A stretch of DNA of 64,000 nucleotides from a virus, in IMG/VR virus record IMGVR_UViG_3300007094_000006, positions 1 to 64,000 of that record; one strand, given 5' to 3'. Numbering within the stretch: position 1 is the first letter of the stretch; every line of letters begins with the position of its first letter. This document shows positions 38,429 through 48,163 of this stretch, one piece after another. The position numbers and the translations under genes were made by a program. Below the pieces are notes generated by a model that saw only the letters and a program-made list of their open reading frames with translations, did not search any database and was not told where the DNA came from.

Positions 38429-41287
38429 ATGTTAAAAAAGGATAAAACATTAAAGTTATATTTGCACCCCGGTCAACAAACAGTATTTGTTAGTCCTAAA
38501 AGATTTAAAGTATTGGTGAGTTCCCGTAGATACGGTAAATCGAGACTCATGTTGACAATGATTATCGATAAGGCACTCAATTATAAAGGGGCGTATGATA
38601 AAGCATCACCGCCGGTAGTTTTATTAGGAATGCCATCTTTAAAACAAGCCAAACAAATTCATTGGAATCCTTTAGTAAAATTATTAGAGGGGCATCCTGG
38701 AATCGAAAGAATCTATAAATCTGAATGTAGAATTTCCTTTAAAGGAAACAAACCAGATATAATTTTAAGGGGTTTAAATGAGGACAATGGGGACAATTGT
38801 AGAGGGTTAAAAATTTATTTCGCAGGATTAGATGAAATGCAAGACATTAAACCTATAGCATGGACGGAAGTAATTATGCCAGCATTAATTGATACAAAAG
38901 GGTCATGTGCTTTATTGACAGGTTGTGTGGCTCCTAACACCTTTGTCTTACCAAGACAAGGCATGACAGAAATTGTTGAATTTAATCAGGATAGTTGTGC
39001 AAAAGAGTATCAACCGCTACAAGACGTTGAGCTTTATGGACTCAATAATGAATTTCATAAAGCAGATTCTTTTTTTAATAATGGATATAGCGATACCAAA
39101 ATCATCACATCTTCTTTTGGATTCACATTAGAAGCTACTTTAAACCATCCTATTTGGACAAAAAATGGCTGGAAAAAAATGGAAGAACTGAAAGAGGGTG
39201 ACACAGTGGCTATAGCACATGGTATGAACATTTGGGGTAATAAAGACCCTATAGATGGTTTCAAAATCAAAAGACAATATGTGCCTAAAACAAAAGGTTG
39301 GCTACAACCTAATCAAGGGATGACCAAAGATTTTGCCTATTTTCTTGGTCTATGGTCATTTCAAGGAACCAACAAAAAACAAAATGGTAAGTCTTACATT
39401 AGCGTAAAAACTACTACTCAACAAATAAGAGAGTTTTTAGAAAGTGGTAAGATTTTAGGGGCTATATTTAAACAAGATGAAGGAAATGTTTGGTCGTATG
39501 TAGATAATGATTTAGTAGAGTTACTAAAGCATATAGGGATGTCCACTGTAAGCCGAAGAAGAAGAACCTTACCATTATGGTTGTTTCAAGGGCGTAAATC
39601 TTGGGCTATCTCTTTTATTCAAGGGTTTATGGACATTGCTGGTTCAATTGGTACTACAGGTAACAGAGTATCAAAAATTATTCATTTCACTTGTAATAAA
39701 ACATTAGCTCAACAATTTCAATTGTTACTTTCTAACTTAGGTGTAATTGCAAAAGTTTTTTCATTACCGCATGACCCTGAAATGGCTCAATTAGAACTAA
39801 CTGGTTCACATTTTGATACTTATTGTGAATTAATTGGTTTTGGGTCTGATAACAAAAAAACAAGTAGTCTAGGAGTACAAAAGTTAAACCCACCCGATGA
39901 ACCTTTTAATTCTGATGACTATTTTTGGGACACTATAGAATCAATTAGTGACTCTGAAAATCAGACTTACGATTTTACAGTACCGAATACAAATTCTTTC
40001 TGGAGTAACGGGTTTATTAGTCATAATACACCTAAAGGTTATGGAACGTTCTTTCACAGTTTGTACGAAAATGGTGATAAATACAAAGATTGGGGTGCTT
40101 TTCATCGTACAATTTATGACAACCCCTTTATTCCTCGTGAAGAAATTGAACGTATAAAAGAATCTTTACCAGAAAAAGTATTTAGACAAGAATGTTTGGC
40201 TTCTTGGGAAAATTTTGATGGTCAGATTTTTTCTTCCTTATCTACTGACAATATTATTCCTGATGAGAATTTACCTACTTACTTTGAACAAGTATATTTA
40301 GGTGTTGACTGGGGTGATGTCAATCCTGCTTTAGTTGTGGTGGGTAAAATGGGTAACACTTACTTTATTATTGATTTCTGGGAAAATCCTAACCCTAATA
40401 CTGCCATTGAACAACGAGTTCATAACGACAAAGCTCTTCAGTTTGTGAGTGAACACAATGTGAGCCGTGCATTTGCTGACCCATCACAACCCGGTCGAAT
40501 TTTAACTATGAGAAAGTCTGGGATTCCTAAACTTATGGGGGGTTATAATCGTGTTAATGAAGGTAATGGTATTGTAAACACTTTACTTTATCAAAAACGC
40601 TTAATGATAGCCGAATCTTGCAGAAGGGTTTATGAAGATATGGGGGCATATCATCGGACAACCAAAGAAGGATTGATTAAAGAAGAAGTCGCTGAAGCTC
40701 AACAAGACCATCTTTGTTTTGTGGCTGGCACACAGGTTTTAACAGAAACTGGTTGGCAAAATATAGAAAGCCTGAAAGTTAAAGACAAAGTGTGGTCTTC
40801 TAAAGGATTACAAAATATTACTTTCACTGGTTCTCGATTAGCAGAAACGGTAGAAGTTAAAGATTACAATTCTTCTGGTATTGTGCGCTGTACTCCAGAC
40901 CACCCTTTTTACACGAATAATGGTTTGATAAGTGCTGAAAATCTTAGTGTTATAAACCATTTAAACTATCTTGACCAATCTCAATGGGTGTCACTTTTAG
41001 GGAGCGTCAATAATTTAACGGATTCCCTATGGTCAAGCCCAGCCCTAGAATGTGTAGGTAAATACTCAATAAACCGAGTCTATAACATAGAAGTCGAAGA
41101 GTCACACAATTACTACATCAAAATTGGCTCAAACGCAGTATTAGTTAGTAATTGCGATGCTTTAAGATATGTGTTAGCAACTTTAGAACATAAAAACATC
41201 GAAAACATTATTCCAGAGGGTTCTGTCATAACCACACCAGAAAGACCCGTTCCAAAGTCTAACTCTTTATTTGCGGGCTTAATTTAA
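38429..41287 (+). CDS. terL: Terminase large subunit with two inteins (spliced ~438 aa)
   Basis: SRRYGKS Walker A, LDE Walker B, TG|TPKG, GVDWG, DHL|CDALRY. Confidence 0.93.
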   Translation: MLKKDKTLKLYLHPGQQTVFVSPKRFKVLVSSRRYGKSRLMLTMIIDKALNYKGAYDKASPPVVLLGMPSLKQAKQIHWNPLVKLLEGHPGIERIYKSECRISFKGNKPDIILRGLNEDNGDNCRGLKIYFAGLDEMQDIKPIAWTEVIMPALIDTKGSCALLTGCVAPNTFVLPRQGMTEIVEFNQDSCAKEYQPLQDVELYGLNNEFHKADSFFNNGYSDTKIITSSFGFTLEATLNHPIWTKNGWKKMEELKEGDTVAIAHGMNIWGNKDPIDGFKIKRQYVPKTKGWLQPNQGMTKDFAYFLGLWSFQGTNKKQNGKSYISVKTTTQQIREFLESGKILGAIFKQDEGNVWSYVDNDLVELLKHIGMSTVSRRRRTLPLWLFQGRKSWAISFIQGFMDIAGSIGTTGNRVSKIIHFTCNKTLAQQFQLLLSNLGVIAKVFSLPHDPEMAQLELTGSHFDTYCELIGFGSDNKKTSSLGVQKLNPPDEPFNSDDYFWDTIESISDSENQTYDFTVPNTNSFWSNGFISHNTPKGYGTFFHSLYENGDKYKDWGAFHRTIYDNPFIPREEIERIKESLPEKVFRQECLASWENFDGQIFSSLSTDNIIPDENLPTYFEQVYLGVDWGDVNPALVVVGKMGNTYFIIDFWENPNPNTAIEQRVHNDKALQFVSEHNVSRAFADPSQPGRILTMRKSGIPKLMGGYNRVNEGNGIVNTLLYQKRLMIAESCRRVYEDMGAYHRTTKEGLIKEEVAEAQQDHLCFVAGTQVLTETGWQNIESLKVKDKVWSSKGLQNITFTGSRLAETVEVKDYNSSGIVRCTPDHPFYTNNGLISAENLSVINHLNYLDQSQWVSLLGSVNNLTDSLWSSPALECVGKYSINRVYNIEVEESHNYYIKIGSNAVLVSNCDALRYVLATLEHKNIENIIPEGSVITTPERPVPKSNSLFAGLI
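38924..40027 (+). mobile_element. Intein 1 (368 aa) with degenerate LAGLIDADG endonuclease
   Basis: C1 CVAPNT..., TLNHP block B, YFLGLWSFQG / FIQGFMDIAG, ends YDFTV...SHN|T. Confidence 0.9.
40715..41152 (+). mobile_element. Mini-intein 2 (146 aa)
   Basis: CFVAGTQV..., TPDHPF, VYNIEVE..HNY...LVSN|C. Confidence 0.9.
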
Positions 41288-41367
41288 TCAAAGTGGGTAC
41301 GCTCAACACTCTAGTAGCGTTATAATAATTTCATTCAAGTTGGAAAAAATAAAAGTTGGAGATAAAA

Positions 41368-41613
41368 ATGAAGTTTAGGAAAAAACCCCTTGTTATTGAA
41401 GCAGTTCAGTTTATAGGCAACGATGCAGAATGTTTGGCATTCTGTCCTATTGCGAAAGACCCCGTTGATAATAAGGACAACCTGATAATCCCTACACTTG
41501 AAGGAGAAATGCGTGTTTCATTTGGCGATTGGATTATCAAGGGGGTGAACGGCGAGTTCTATCCGTGCAAGCCTGACATCTTTGAAAAGACTTATGACAA
41601 AGTTAAAGTCTAA
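41368..41613 (+). CDS. Widespread small phage protein (KKP.VIEA...[11 protein letters not shown] family), inserted as a moron
   Basis: Motifs; flanked by ~65-bp direct repeats 41254-41321 and 41605-41669. Confidence 0.8.
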   Translation: MKFRKKPLVIEAVQFIGNDAECLAFCPIAKDPVDNKDNLIIPTLEGEMRVSFGDWIIKGVNGEFYPCKPDIFEKTYDKVKV

Positions 41614-41679
41614 CTCTTTATTTGCTGGTTTAATTTAATCCTAAAATCGCCCAACACTCTAGTAGCGTTGGGTTTTTAA

Positions 41680-43605
41680 ATGAAATATCCAAAAAAAGTA
41701 GCATTTGAAATTTTAGAATCTGTCCATCCTGAAGTTGAACAAAATCAGGAACTTTTTGACATGACTGACGACTTGTTAGGGGGTGGTCCAAGATTAAAAG
41801 ATAATTTAGAAAAATATTTAGTTAAAAAACCAGATGAAGATGCTGAAATTTACAAATACCGTAAAAAACTCTTTACTTATGTTCCTATTTTAGGGCAATG
41901 TTTAGCTCAATTATTGAATAGGATGACTGCCTCTAATCATACTATTAATGGTTTTTCAGAAAGTCCTAAACACAAAGAATTTTGGTTTAAATTTAGAGAA
42001 TCTGTTAACGGTAATCATCAAAAAGAAAAAGCTTTTATTAAAGATGTTTTCTTTAAACTTTTAAAATATGGAAAAGTATACGCAGTAATAGAAAAAGATT
42101 ATTCAGACATTTTACCTACTAATAAAAAAGAAGAAGAAGAATTAGGTTTAATGCCTTATATTGCGTTGTATGACCCTCGTTCTGTTATCCACTATCAAGA
42201 ACTTGATGGAAAGCTAAAATGGATAAAAATTAGAGAATTAGAAACCAATTATAGCCCTGTAGGTGAAACGCAATATTTTCTGAAATGGACATTTATCGAC
42301 GATAGTTTTATTACTAGCTATCGTTGTCCAATGATTTATAGTAATACAGGAAAACTTGAACCCGATGTCCAATCGGAGTTTAATTCAAGTTCTTATATGA
42401 TTCCTTTGTATAAACAAGTTGCCCATGAAAGAGGCACTATTCCTGTTGTAAATATTAAAATTCCTGAAAATCTTTGGGTCACTAAAGAAGCTATATTTTT
42501 AGTTTTGGAACATATTAGGGTTCATAATAATTTGACATATACCGCAAATGTTGCTGGTCAAATTCAAAGATTATTTACTCCTATGTCTGAATCCGCAGAT
42601 AAAATGGTTGACTTGGAAGAAGCCAGAGGTCAAACAGGAAACCATCGAGTATTAATTGGACAAGGATTTACTTTTAATGAAACTACTGGTACTGCCATTA
42701 ATACCATTGCTGGCTATCTAGGAAAACTAGAAAGTAGAATTAAAGATTTAATTTTTTCTAATGGTATTTCTGCTGGTGATGATAGACCAATGCAAGAATC
42801 TGGCGTAGCTAAGAGTATGGACTTTATTAGTCAAGAACAAGCTCTTGCCGCTTACGGTGAACAATTATTGTTTTTTCTTGAAGAATGTTATAAATTAGTT
42901 GCTTTAACTCAGGGCTTTAGTAAAGAGGAAATTTCTCAAATTTCAGTTTCTGGTCTTAATGAATTTGTTTTAGATACTGTTGACACAAAAGTAAATAGAA
43001 TTTCCCTTTTAGAGGCTTTAGACACTCCTATTTCCAATACTGCTATGCGCCTAGTGGTTGAAGACCTACAACGAGCTTTAACTCCTAACGCTTCAATTCT
43101 TGAACAAGAAATTATCCATAACGAAACTTTACAAGACTTCTCAGATGTCAACCATCCTAAACTTGGTTTAGAAGAACTTACGTCTTTAGTATTGAACCAA
43201 ATCGTTTCTGTTTCTACTGCTCAAGAATTATTAGGCTTTGACCCTTCAGTAGAATGGGACAGAATTAAAGAACAAATGCTTGAAATGCAAGCTATTCAAA
43301 ACCCTGAAAATAAAAACTCACCTACAACTGAAACTGAAGAAACTGAAAAACCTGAAGAACCTGAAGAACCTGAAGAACCTGAAGAAAATGTTGACCCTCT
43401 TGAAACTGTGGTAAATCTAGCTAATGCTTTAGCTACTCTTTCTAATGATAAAACTGAAGATATTCTTGCTTCTGTTAATTTTAATGAAAATATTTCACCT
43501 GACGAAGCAAAACCAATAATTATGATATTAGCTGAAAAATTAGGTAAATTAATTGACGCTACGCCAGAAGAAGTTTTAGAGGGGGTTGGTTATGAGGAGG
43601 ATTAG
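41680..43605 (+). CDS. Portal protein
   Basis: After TerL; YL.K...E....Y..R, ESGVAK.MD motif; acidic (EEP)n tail. Confidence 0.85.
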   Translation: MKYPKKVAFEILESVHPEVEQNQELFDMTDDLLGGGPRLKDNLEKYLVKKPDEDAEIYKYRKKLFTYVPILGQCLAQLLNRMTASNHTINGFSESPKHKEFWFKFRESVNGNHQKEKAFIKDVFFKLLKYGKVYAVIEKDYSDILPTNKKEEEELGLMPYIALYDPRSVIHYQELDGKLKWIKIRELETNYSPVGETQYFLKWTFIDDSFITSYRCPMIYSNTGKLEPDVQSEFNSSSYMIPLYKQVAHERGTIPVVNIKIPENLWVTKEAIFLVLEHIRVHNNLTYTANVAGQIQRLFTPMSESADKMVDLEEARGQTGNHRVLIGQGFTFNETTGTAINTIAGYLGKLESRIKDLIFSNGISAGDDRPMQESGVAKSMDFISQEQALAAYGEQLLFFLEECYKLVALTQGFSKEEISQISVSGLNEFVLDTVDTKVNRISLLEALDTPISNTAMRLVVEDLQRALTPNASILEQEIIHNETLQDFSDVNHPKLGLEELTSLVLNQIVSVSTAQELLGFDPSVEWDRIKEQMLEMQAIQNPENKNSPTTETEETEKPEEPEEPEEPEENVDPLETVVNLANALATLSNDKTEDILASVNFNENISPDEAKPIIMILAEKLGKLIDATPEEVLEGVGYEED

Positions 43606-46132
43606 AAAATCTAAAGGCTTAAAAATAAATACCAAAGCCAAAATTAAAGGGTCAATTGCTTATCGCACAAAAGCTTTTGGTAAGTTTAACATATACAGAA
43701 TCTTTAAAGAATCTGATGTTAAAAGAGATGCTAGTGGAAAATTTACCTTTGAGGGAGCCGTAAGTAAGGCTTATGGTAAATTTAATCGTCAACAAAGTAA
43801 GGAAAAGATAGCTAATGATAAAAAATCTCAACTTAAAAATCAAAATCAGGAGTCTCAATCTAATCCTATAACTCAAGATTCCAAAAGTGCCAAAAAAAAT
43901 CAACCTAACTCAAAATTGATTCGCATATCTTTGGCTAAAAAGATTCAGCCTCTTTTAGAAAAAATTGAAGAAATAGTTACTCAAAAAAGTAAACCCTTAA
44001 GTGCCAAAGGTACAGCTTTACCTAAAGATTCTAGAGGTAAAATAAAACCAGCCGGTATTATGCAAAAATCGGGTGAGCGAAACTTTTCTGTTATGGTAAA
44101 CAACCTTAAAGAATTTAGAGAGGCTTTTGGAGAATTTTCAACAAAACAAATTTTATTGACTTATAACATTAGTCTGCTTACTGCTGAAAATAGAAAAAAA
44201 CTCTTAGATGAATATCGAAGATTTCTGAATTTTAAGGCTCCTGAACTTTTTGCTGACGGTCAAGTTTACAATTCTTTAAAAGATATTAGAGCGGCATTAG
44301 TTAAACAAAACGACGTTGACGCATTAAACAAAGAATTTTTTGAAAATAGATTAGTTGCTTCTTTTTTAAGTTCTACGACTTGGGCAAATTTAAGCACTGT
44401 TCCAGAATATAAAGTTAATGAACTATTTAAAGATATTAAATCTATCTATGATTCTGCAAATTCAAAACGAAAAAACTTTAAAGCCGCAAAAGAAGCTGGT
44501 AGATATAAAGTCGAAAAAGTTGCTGACAAAGAGCAAATAGCACAGTTCTTGAAATCAGCTATAGACTCCATTAACATTCAAAAAGAAGAACTTATACGAA
44601 ATGCTTTAATTGCTAACGAATCCGCAAAAGTACCCAAATCAGATAAAGAAATAATAAAAGAAATAGAAACAGAAACAAAACTATTAATTGAGTATGTTAC
44701 AAAACTTGGTAGAAATGCTGAGGTCGTAGGTGATAGAACTATTCTTAGTAATAAACTCCAAATTAAAGATACGTTTTTAAGAAAATTACCAATTTTAGAA
44801 TTAATGCAATTACAAGAACAATTACGTTTTGAGATTGGTAATAATGTTGATAAGGCAAAAATTCAACTTTTTCTTTTTAACTTGGAAAAAGATGATATTT
44901 ATAAAGTCCCTATTACTAAAATTAAACAGGGCTATCAACTCCATCATGTAAACCAATTTGCATCTTTTGATGTTAATGGTAATCCTTATTTTGCTATTGA
45001 AAAAGCTTATGGTAGTAGTAATAAAGATTCACTTAAAGCTATTTCCGAAGAAGATTTGTTAGGTTTAACCGTAAACTATGATGAAAATGGTAATATCTCT
45101 TATTTTTCTAAAGATTATTTCTCAGAAAAAGGCGCAAAATTAAAAGGTTCTGTTTTTTTAAAAGATTTACCATTAAGTTATTATCGCAATAATTGGGAGT
45201 TAATTGTAGACAAAATCGACAACACTATCATTGGGTTTAAAAATCCTGAATCCGGAGAAACTGTTTCTTGGGACAAAGCTATTTCTGAAATGAACCACTC
45301 GCCTAAGTTATATCTGGATTTACCCATTGCTTATCATGAAAAGTCTAGAGTCAACAGTTTATATGGTTTATTACACCCTGTCGAAAATTATACTATAAAA
45401 TCTGATAATGATATTCAAAAATCTCAACTATCAAATCTTTCTGAATTAGCTTCTAAATTAAACGTCTCTAAAAAACTTCAGACAGAATTAGAAGAAGGAC
45501 TCAAAACAGGAAAGTTAAAAGCTGGTAAAGGTCAAGTAGAGTCTGAAAGACATGATGAGGTTCGTGATAATTTAAACTTGTATCGTCGTCTTGAACTTTT
45601 GGAACAAGTAGAAAAAGCTATAATATCTCAATTTGAAGAAATACCCTCAGCAAGAGATAAAGCTGTTATTTCTAATTCCGCTAAGTATAATTACTATAAA
45701 AATGGAATCAGACCTTCTTATGTTAATAATTTGACTAAATTAGAGGAAAGATTAGCTTTTTTAACCCAGTCTGCGGCTTCAATAAATGATTTATTACCTT
45801 CAGACCAAAATTCTGCCCAAATTGAGGCTATTAAAAATCTTCAAGAAAAAATAAAAAACACAAAAAACGTGATTAAAGAAATTGATAAGGTGACTAATTC
45901 TATCATCAATCAAGGACTTAACGCTGATTATATTAGAAATCACACACCAAGCCAATTCTTTGACTCTGCTATTAAAAATCCTAGAATTTGGGGACTTCCT
46001 GCTAATGCTACCCCCAAAATGGTGATGAATGCTATAATGAATGAACTTAATGGCTCGACTTTAACCGACAACTTCCCTAATTTAGACGACCAATTAAAAC
46101 CTTTGCCTAAAGACTCAAAAAACGATGATTAA
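43586..46132 (+). CDS. Portal-adjacent large protein with RD.SGKF motif and possible HNH/LHH nuclease domain
   Basis: KRDASGKFT; YQLHHVNQ...LDLPIAYH...LLHP. Confidence 0.45.
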   Translation: MVMRRIRKSKGLKINTKAKIKGSIAYRTKAFGKFNIYRIFKESDVKRDASGKFTFEGAVSKAYGKFNRQQSKEKIANDKKSQLKNQNQESQSNPITQDSKSAKKNQPNSKLIRISLAKKIQPLLEKIEEIVTQKSKPLSAKGTALPKDSRGKIKPAGIMQKSGERNFSVMVNNLKEFREAFGEFSTKQILLTYNISLLTAENRKKLLDEYRRFLNFKAPELFADGQVYNSLKDIRAALVKQNDVDALNKEFFENRLVASFLSSTTWANLSTVPEYKVNELFKDIKSIYDSANSKRKNFKAAKEAGRYKVEKVADKEQIAQFLKSAIDSINIQKEELIRNALIANESAKVPKSDKEIIKEIETETKLLIEYVTKLGRNAEVVGDRTILSNKLQIKDTFLRKLPILELMQLQEQLRFEIGNNVDKAKIQLFLFNLEKDDIYKVPITKIKQGYQLHHVNQFASFDVNGNPYFAIEKAYGSSNKDSLKAISEEDLLGLTVNYDENGNISYFSKDYFSEKGAKLKGSVFLKDLPLSYYRNNWELIVDKIDNTIIGFKNPESGETVSWDKAISEMNHSPKLYLDLPIAYHEKSRVNSLYGLLHPVENYTIKSDNDIQKSQLSNLSELASKLNVSKKLQTELEEGLKTGKLKAGKGQVESERHDEVRDNLNLYRRLELLEQVEKAIISQFEEIPSARDKAVISNSAKYNYYKNGIRPSYVNNLTKLEERLAFLTQSAASINDLLPSDQNSAQIEAIKNLQEKIKNTKNVIKEIDKVTNSIINQGLNADYIRNHTPSQFFDSAIKNPRIWGLPANATPKMVMNAIMNELNGSTLTDNFPNLDDQLKPLPKDSKNDD

Positions 46133-46556
46133 CAATATCGATTTAACCATCTACTCCCCCTATAATGCTTCACTTATGCTGGCTGTTAATAATCTTTCTG
46201 AAGCTTTTTGGCTTAATGTGAAGGATTACTCCGACAATCCAAATTATTCCTTTTTTGGGTATGCTTTTGGTGGTGGTTCTGCTAAAGATATTCAAAATCC
46301 TGATAAGTGGATTTTGATTAAAGACACTGATTTGCTCTCTATACGCCCTTCTGAAAATCCTAACGCCACTTCTGATTCTGTCTACGAATGGGATGTTTAT
46401 AACGGTTTAGTTATTGGTTTAAAAGATGACCAATTTGAATTATTTGATTATCATAAAATTCCTTTTATTCATCCTGATATTTTGTATGCTAATTACTATT
46501 TTTGGATTAACCTTCAGGACAAAATCTTTTTTCGACAAATAAGCTCAAAAGACTAA
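46125..46556 (+). CDS. Hypothetical acidic/aromatic protein overlapping the previous gene
   Basis: 8-bp overlap, 143 aa. Confidence 0.6.
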   Translation: MINNIDLTIYSPYNASLMLAVNNLSEAFWLNVKDYSDNPNYSFFGYAFGGGSAKDIQNPDKWILIKDTDLLSIRPSENPNATSDSVYEWDVYNGLVIGLKDDQFELFDYHKIPFIHPDILYANYYFWINLQDKIFFRQISSKD

Positions 46557-46663
46557 TTTGAATTATCTTAATTGACAGGAAAAAAGTTTTTAGGCATTAA
46601 CCCCTTGACAGAATTAAAAACCTGTGATATGATAGAGGGGTTTAAGTTTCAAACCCATTATTT

Positions 46664-47122
46664 TTGATGAACAAACAAGAAACAGCCACAGAAATATTAG
46701 ATTTCTGCCAAAAAACTTACCCAGAGCTAAAGTGGTCATTTACGTCTTTAACTAAAACTGAAGACATGATTTACGGGTATCGCACTATTCTTAATTCTAT
46801 AAATGGAATACAAATAGATATAAGAGTCAATAGTAACAACTCTTATAGTAGTGACGGTTTACCTAGTGATTTTAAAAATTACATAGAAGGTCGATCTACT
46901 ATTTCTAATTTAGAGTGGGAAGGGAGTTTTCTTGTATGGATAAATGATAGAAAAAACAGTACAATTTCATTCAAGAAAAGTGGAACCGCTAAACATAAAG
47001 AATTAAATCTATGGCGTGAAAAAGGAACACAAATTATGATTAATATTCTTTCGTTTATTGAACATGAAATACAAACCGAGGCAACACTGTCACAACAGCA
47101 AAAGAGTTTTTTGAAAAGCTAG
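46664..47122 (+). CDS. Hypothetical early protein
   Basis: TTGACA(46605)-17-TATGAT(46628) upstream. Confidence 0.7.
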   Translation: MMNKQETATEILDFCQKTYPELKWSFTSLTKTEDMIYGYRTILNSINGIQIDIRVNSNNSYSSDGLPSDFKNYIEGRSTISNLEWEGSFLVWINDRKNSTISFKKSGTAKHKELNLWREKGTQIMINILSFIEHEIQTEATLSQQQKSFLKS

Positions 47123-47201
47123 AAGCTATAGAACGCTCAAAAGAGATAGATATACTTAAAAAAATTGCGGCTTTTGGTCATAAATTTCAGAAAAAAAGTT
47201 G

Positions 47202-47296
47202 TTGACAGATTTAAACCAATCGGCTATAATGAAATTGTAACTCCTTAGTAATTAAGCCCTCTATTTAACCCTCTACAAATTAGAGGGCTTTTTTTT
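47202..47296 (+). ncRNA. Candidate ~60-nt small RNA: consensus promoter followed directly by a terminator
   Basis: TTGACA-17-TATAAT (47202-47230); hairpin AAGCCCTCTA/TAGAGGGCTT + T run; no ORF. Confidence 0.45.
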
Positions 47297-47307
47297 GACC
47301 TTAAATA

Positions 47308-47383
47308 ATAAGTTTTTCTTATGTGTACTATAAGAATCCTTAATATCAAACCAGTAGCATCTTTCAACCACATCTGCTATATT
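47308..47383 (+). promoter_or_regulatory. ATAAG-N5-CTTAT palindrome plus promoter; second copy at 58395-58470
   Basis: Both copies have the same 63-bp spacing from box centre to the -10 hexamer. Confidence 0.6.
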
Positions 47384-47422
47384 GTACTTTAAAACCTTTG
47401 TCAGCACAAGTACTTTAAAAAC

Positions 47423-48055
47423 ATGGATATTAATTTTCAAAATAAACTACCAGTGGCAATTTCTATTGGTGAGGATGTGGCTAAAAAAACCTTTAGTTTT
47501 GTTCAGCTATCTCGCCTACAGTCTAGTGAAAATATTTTGATGTTTCCTTTACTGGAATCCCAAAATTTAGAGGGTGGTTTCAAAAATATTCTTGAGCAAG
47601 CACGGCAAAAGGTAAACAATGCACTCAATCTAAATTGTCAATTTTCCATATCGGATTTAAAAGACAGAATAACGCAGTCACTATCTAATCAAGGTTGGAA
47701 CGAGGTTGATTGGGCAAATTTTTGGGTTAAAGAATTTTCGAGAGCTTTGGGGTATAATCAGTGGTTGAATCGGTCTTGTTATTCATTCTCTATTTTGGAT
47801 AAATACCTTAAACAAAAAAACTCGAAGATTATTATTTTGATAGATGGACTAGAAAATATTTTTCCGGATTTAGCCCATGATAACCTTCAACAAACAGCTT
47901 TGAAAGCATTGATAGAAAATTTGCCAAATAAATTGTCCGAAATTCGGCAATCTAATCTAGGATTGATCGTTTTTCTGCATAGAGATTCCATGAGAAAAAC
48001 AATTAGGCAAAACTCAGGACAATTTGAAAGCTTGTACAGTGAATACCTTTTTTAG
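47423..48055 (+). CDS. Host-derived fragment of a P-loop ATPase with broken Walker A
   Basis: SIGEDVAKKTF in place of GxxxxGKT; IIILIDGLE Walker B; QQ.AL.AL, RD....I.QN.GQF...Y; contains a rare GATC. Confidence 0.6.
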   Translation: MDINFQNKLPVAISIGEDVAKKTFSFVQLSRLQSSENILMFPLLESQNLEGGFKNILEQARQKVNNALNLNCQFSISDLKDRITQSLSNQGWNEVDWANFWVKEFSRALGYNQWLNRSCYSFSILDKYLKQKNSKIIILIDGLENIFPDLAHDNLQQTALKALIENLPNKLSEIRQSNLGLIVFLHRDSMRKTIRQNSGQFESLYSEYLF

Positions 48056-48163
48056 TGTGTGGTCAAACGACTAAGCCACTAAATTATCCTAAAATCACCT
48101 AGCTTTAGGTGATTTTTTTTTGAAACCCAGACATATACTAATTAACTTTACCAGTCTTTAATT

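Noticed and set aside
47423-48055. Calling this a ParA partition ATPase
   Set aside because: No KGGxGK(T/S)-type Walker A and no ParB in the window; it resembles the non-ParA part of a fused host protein
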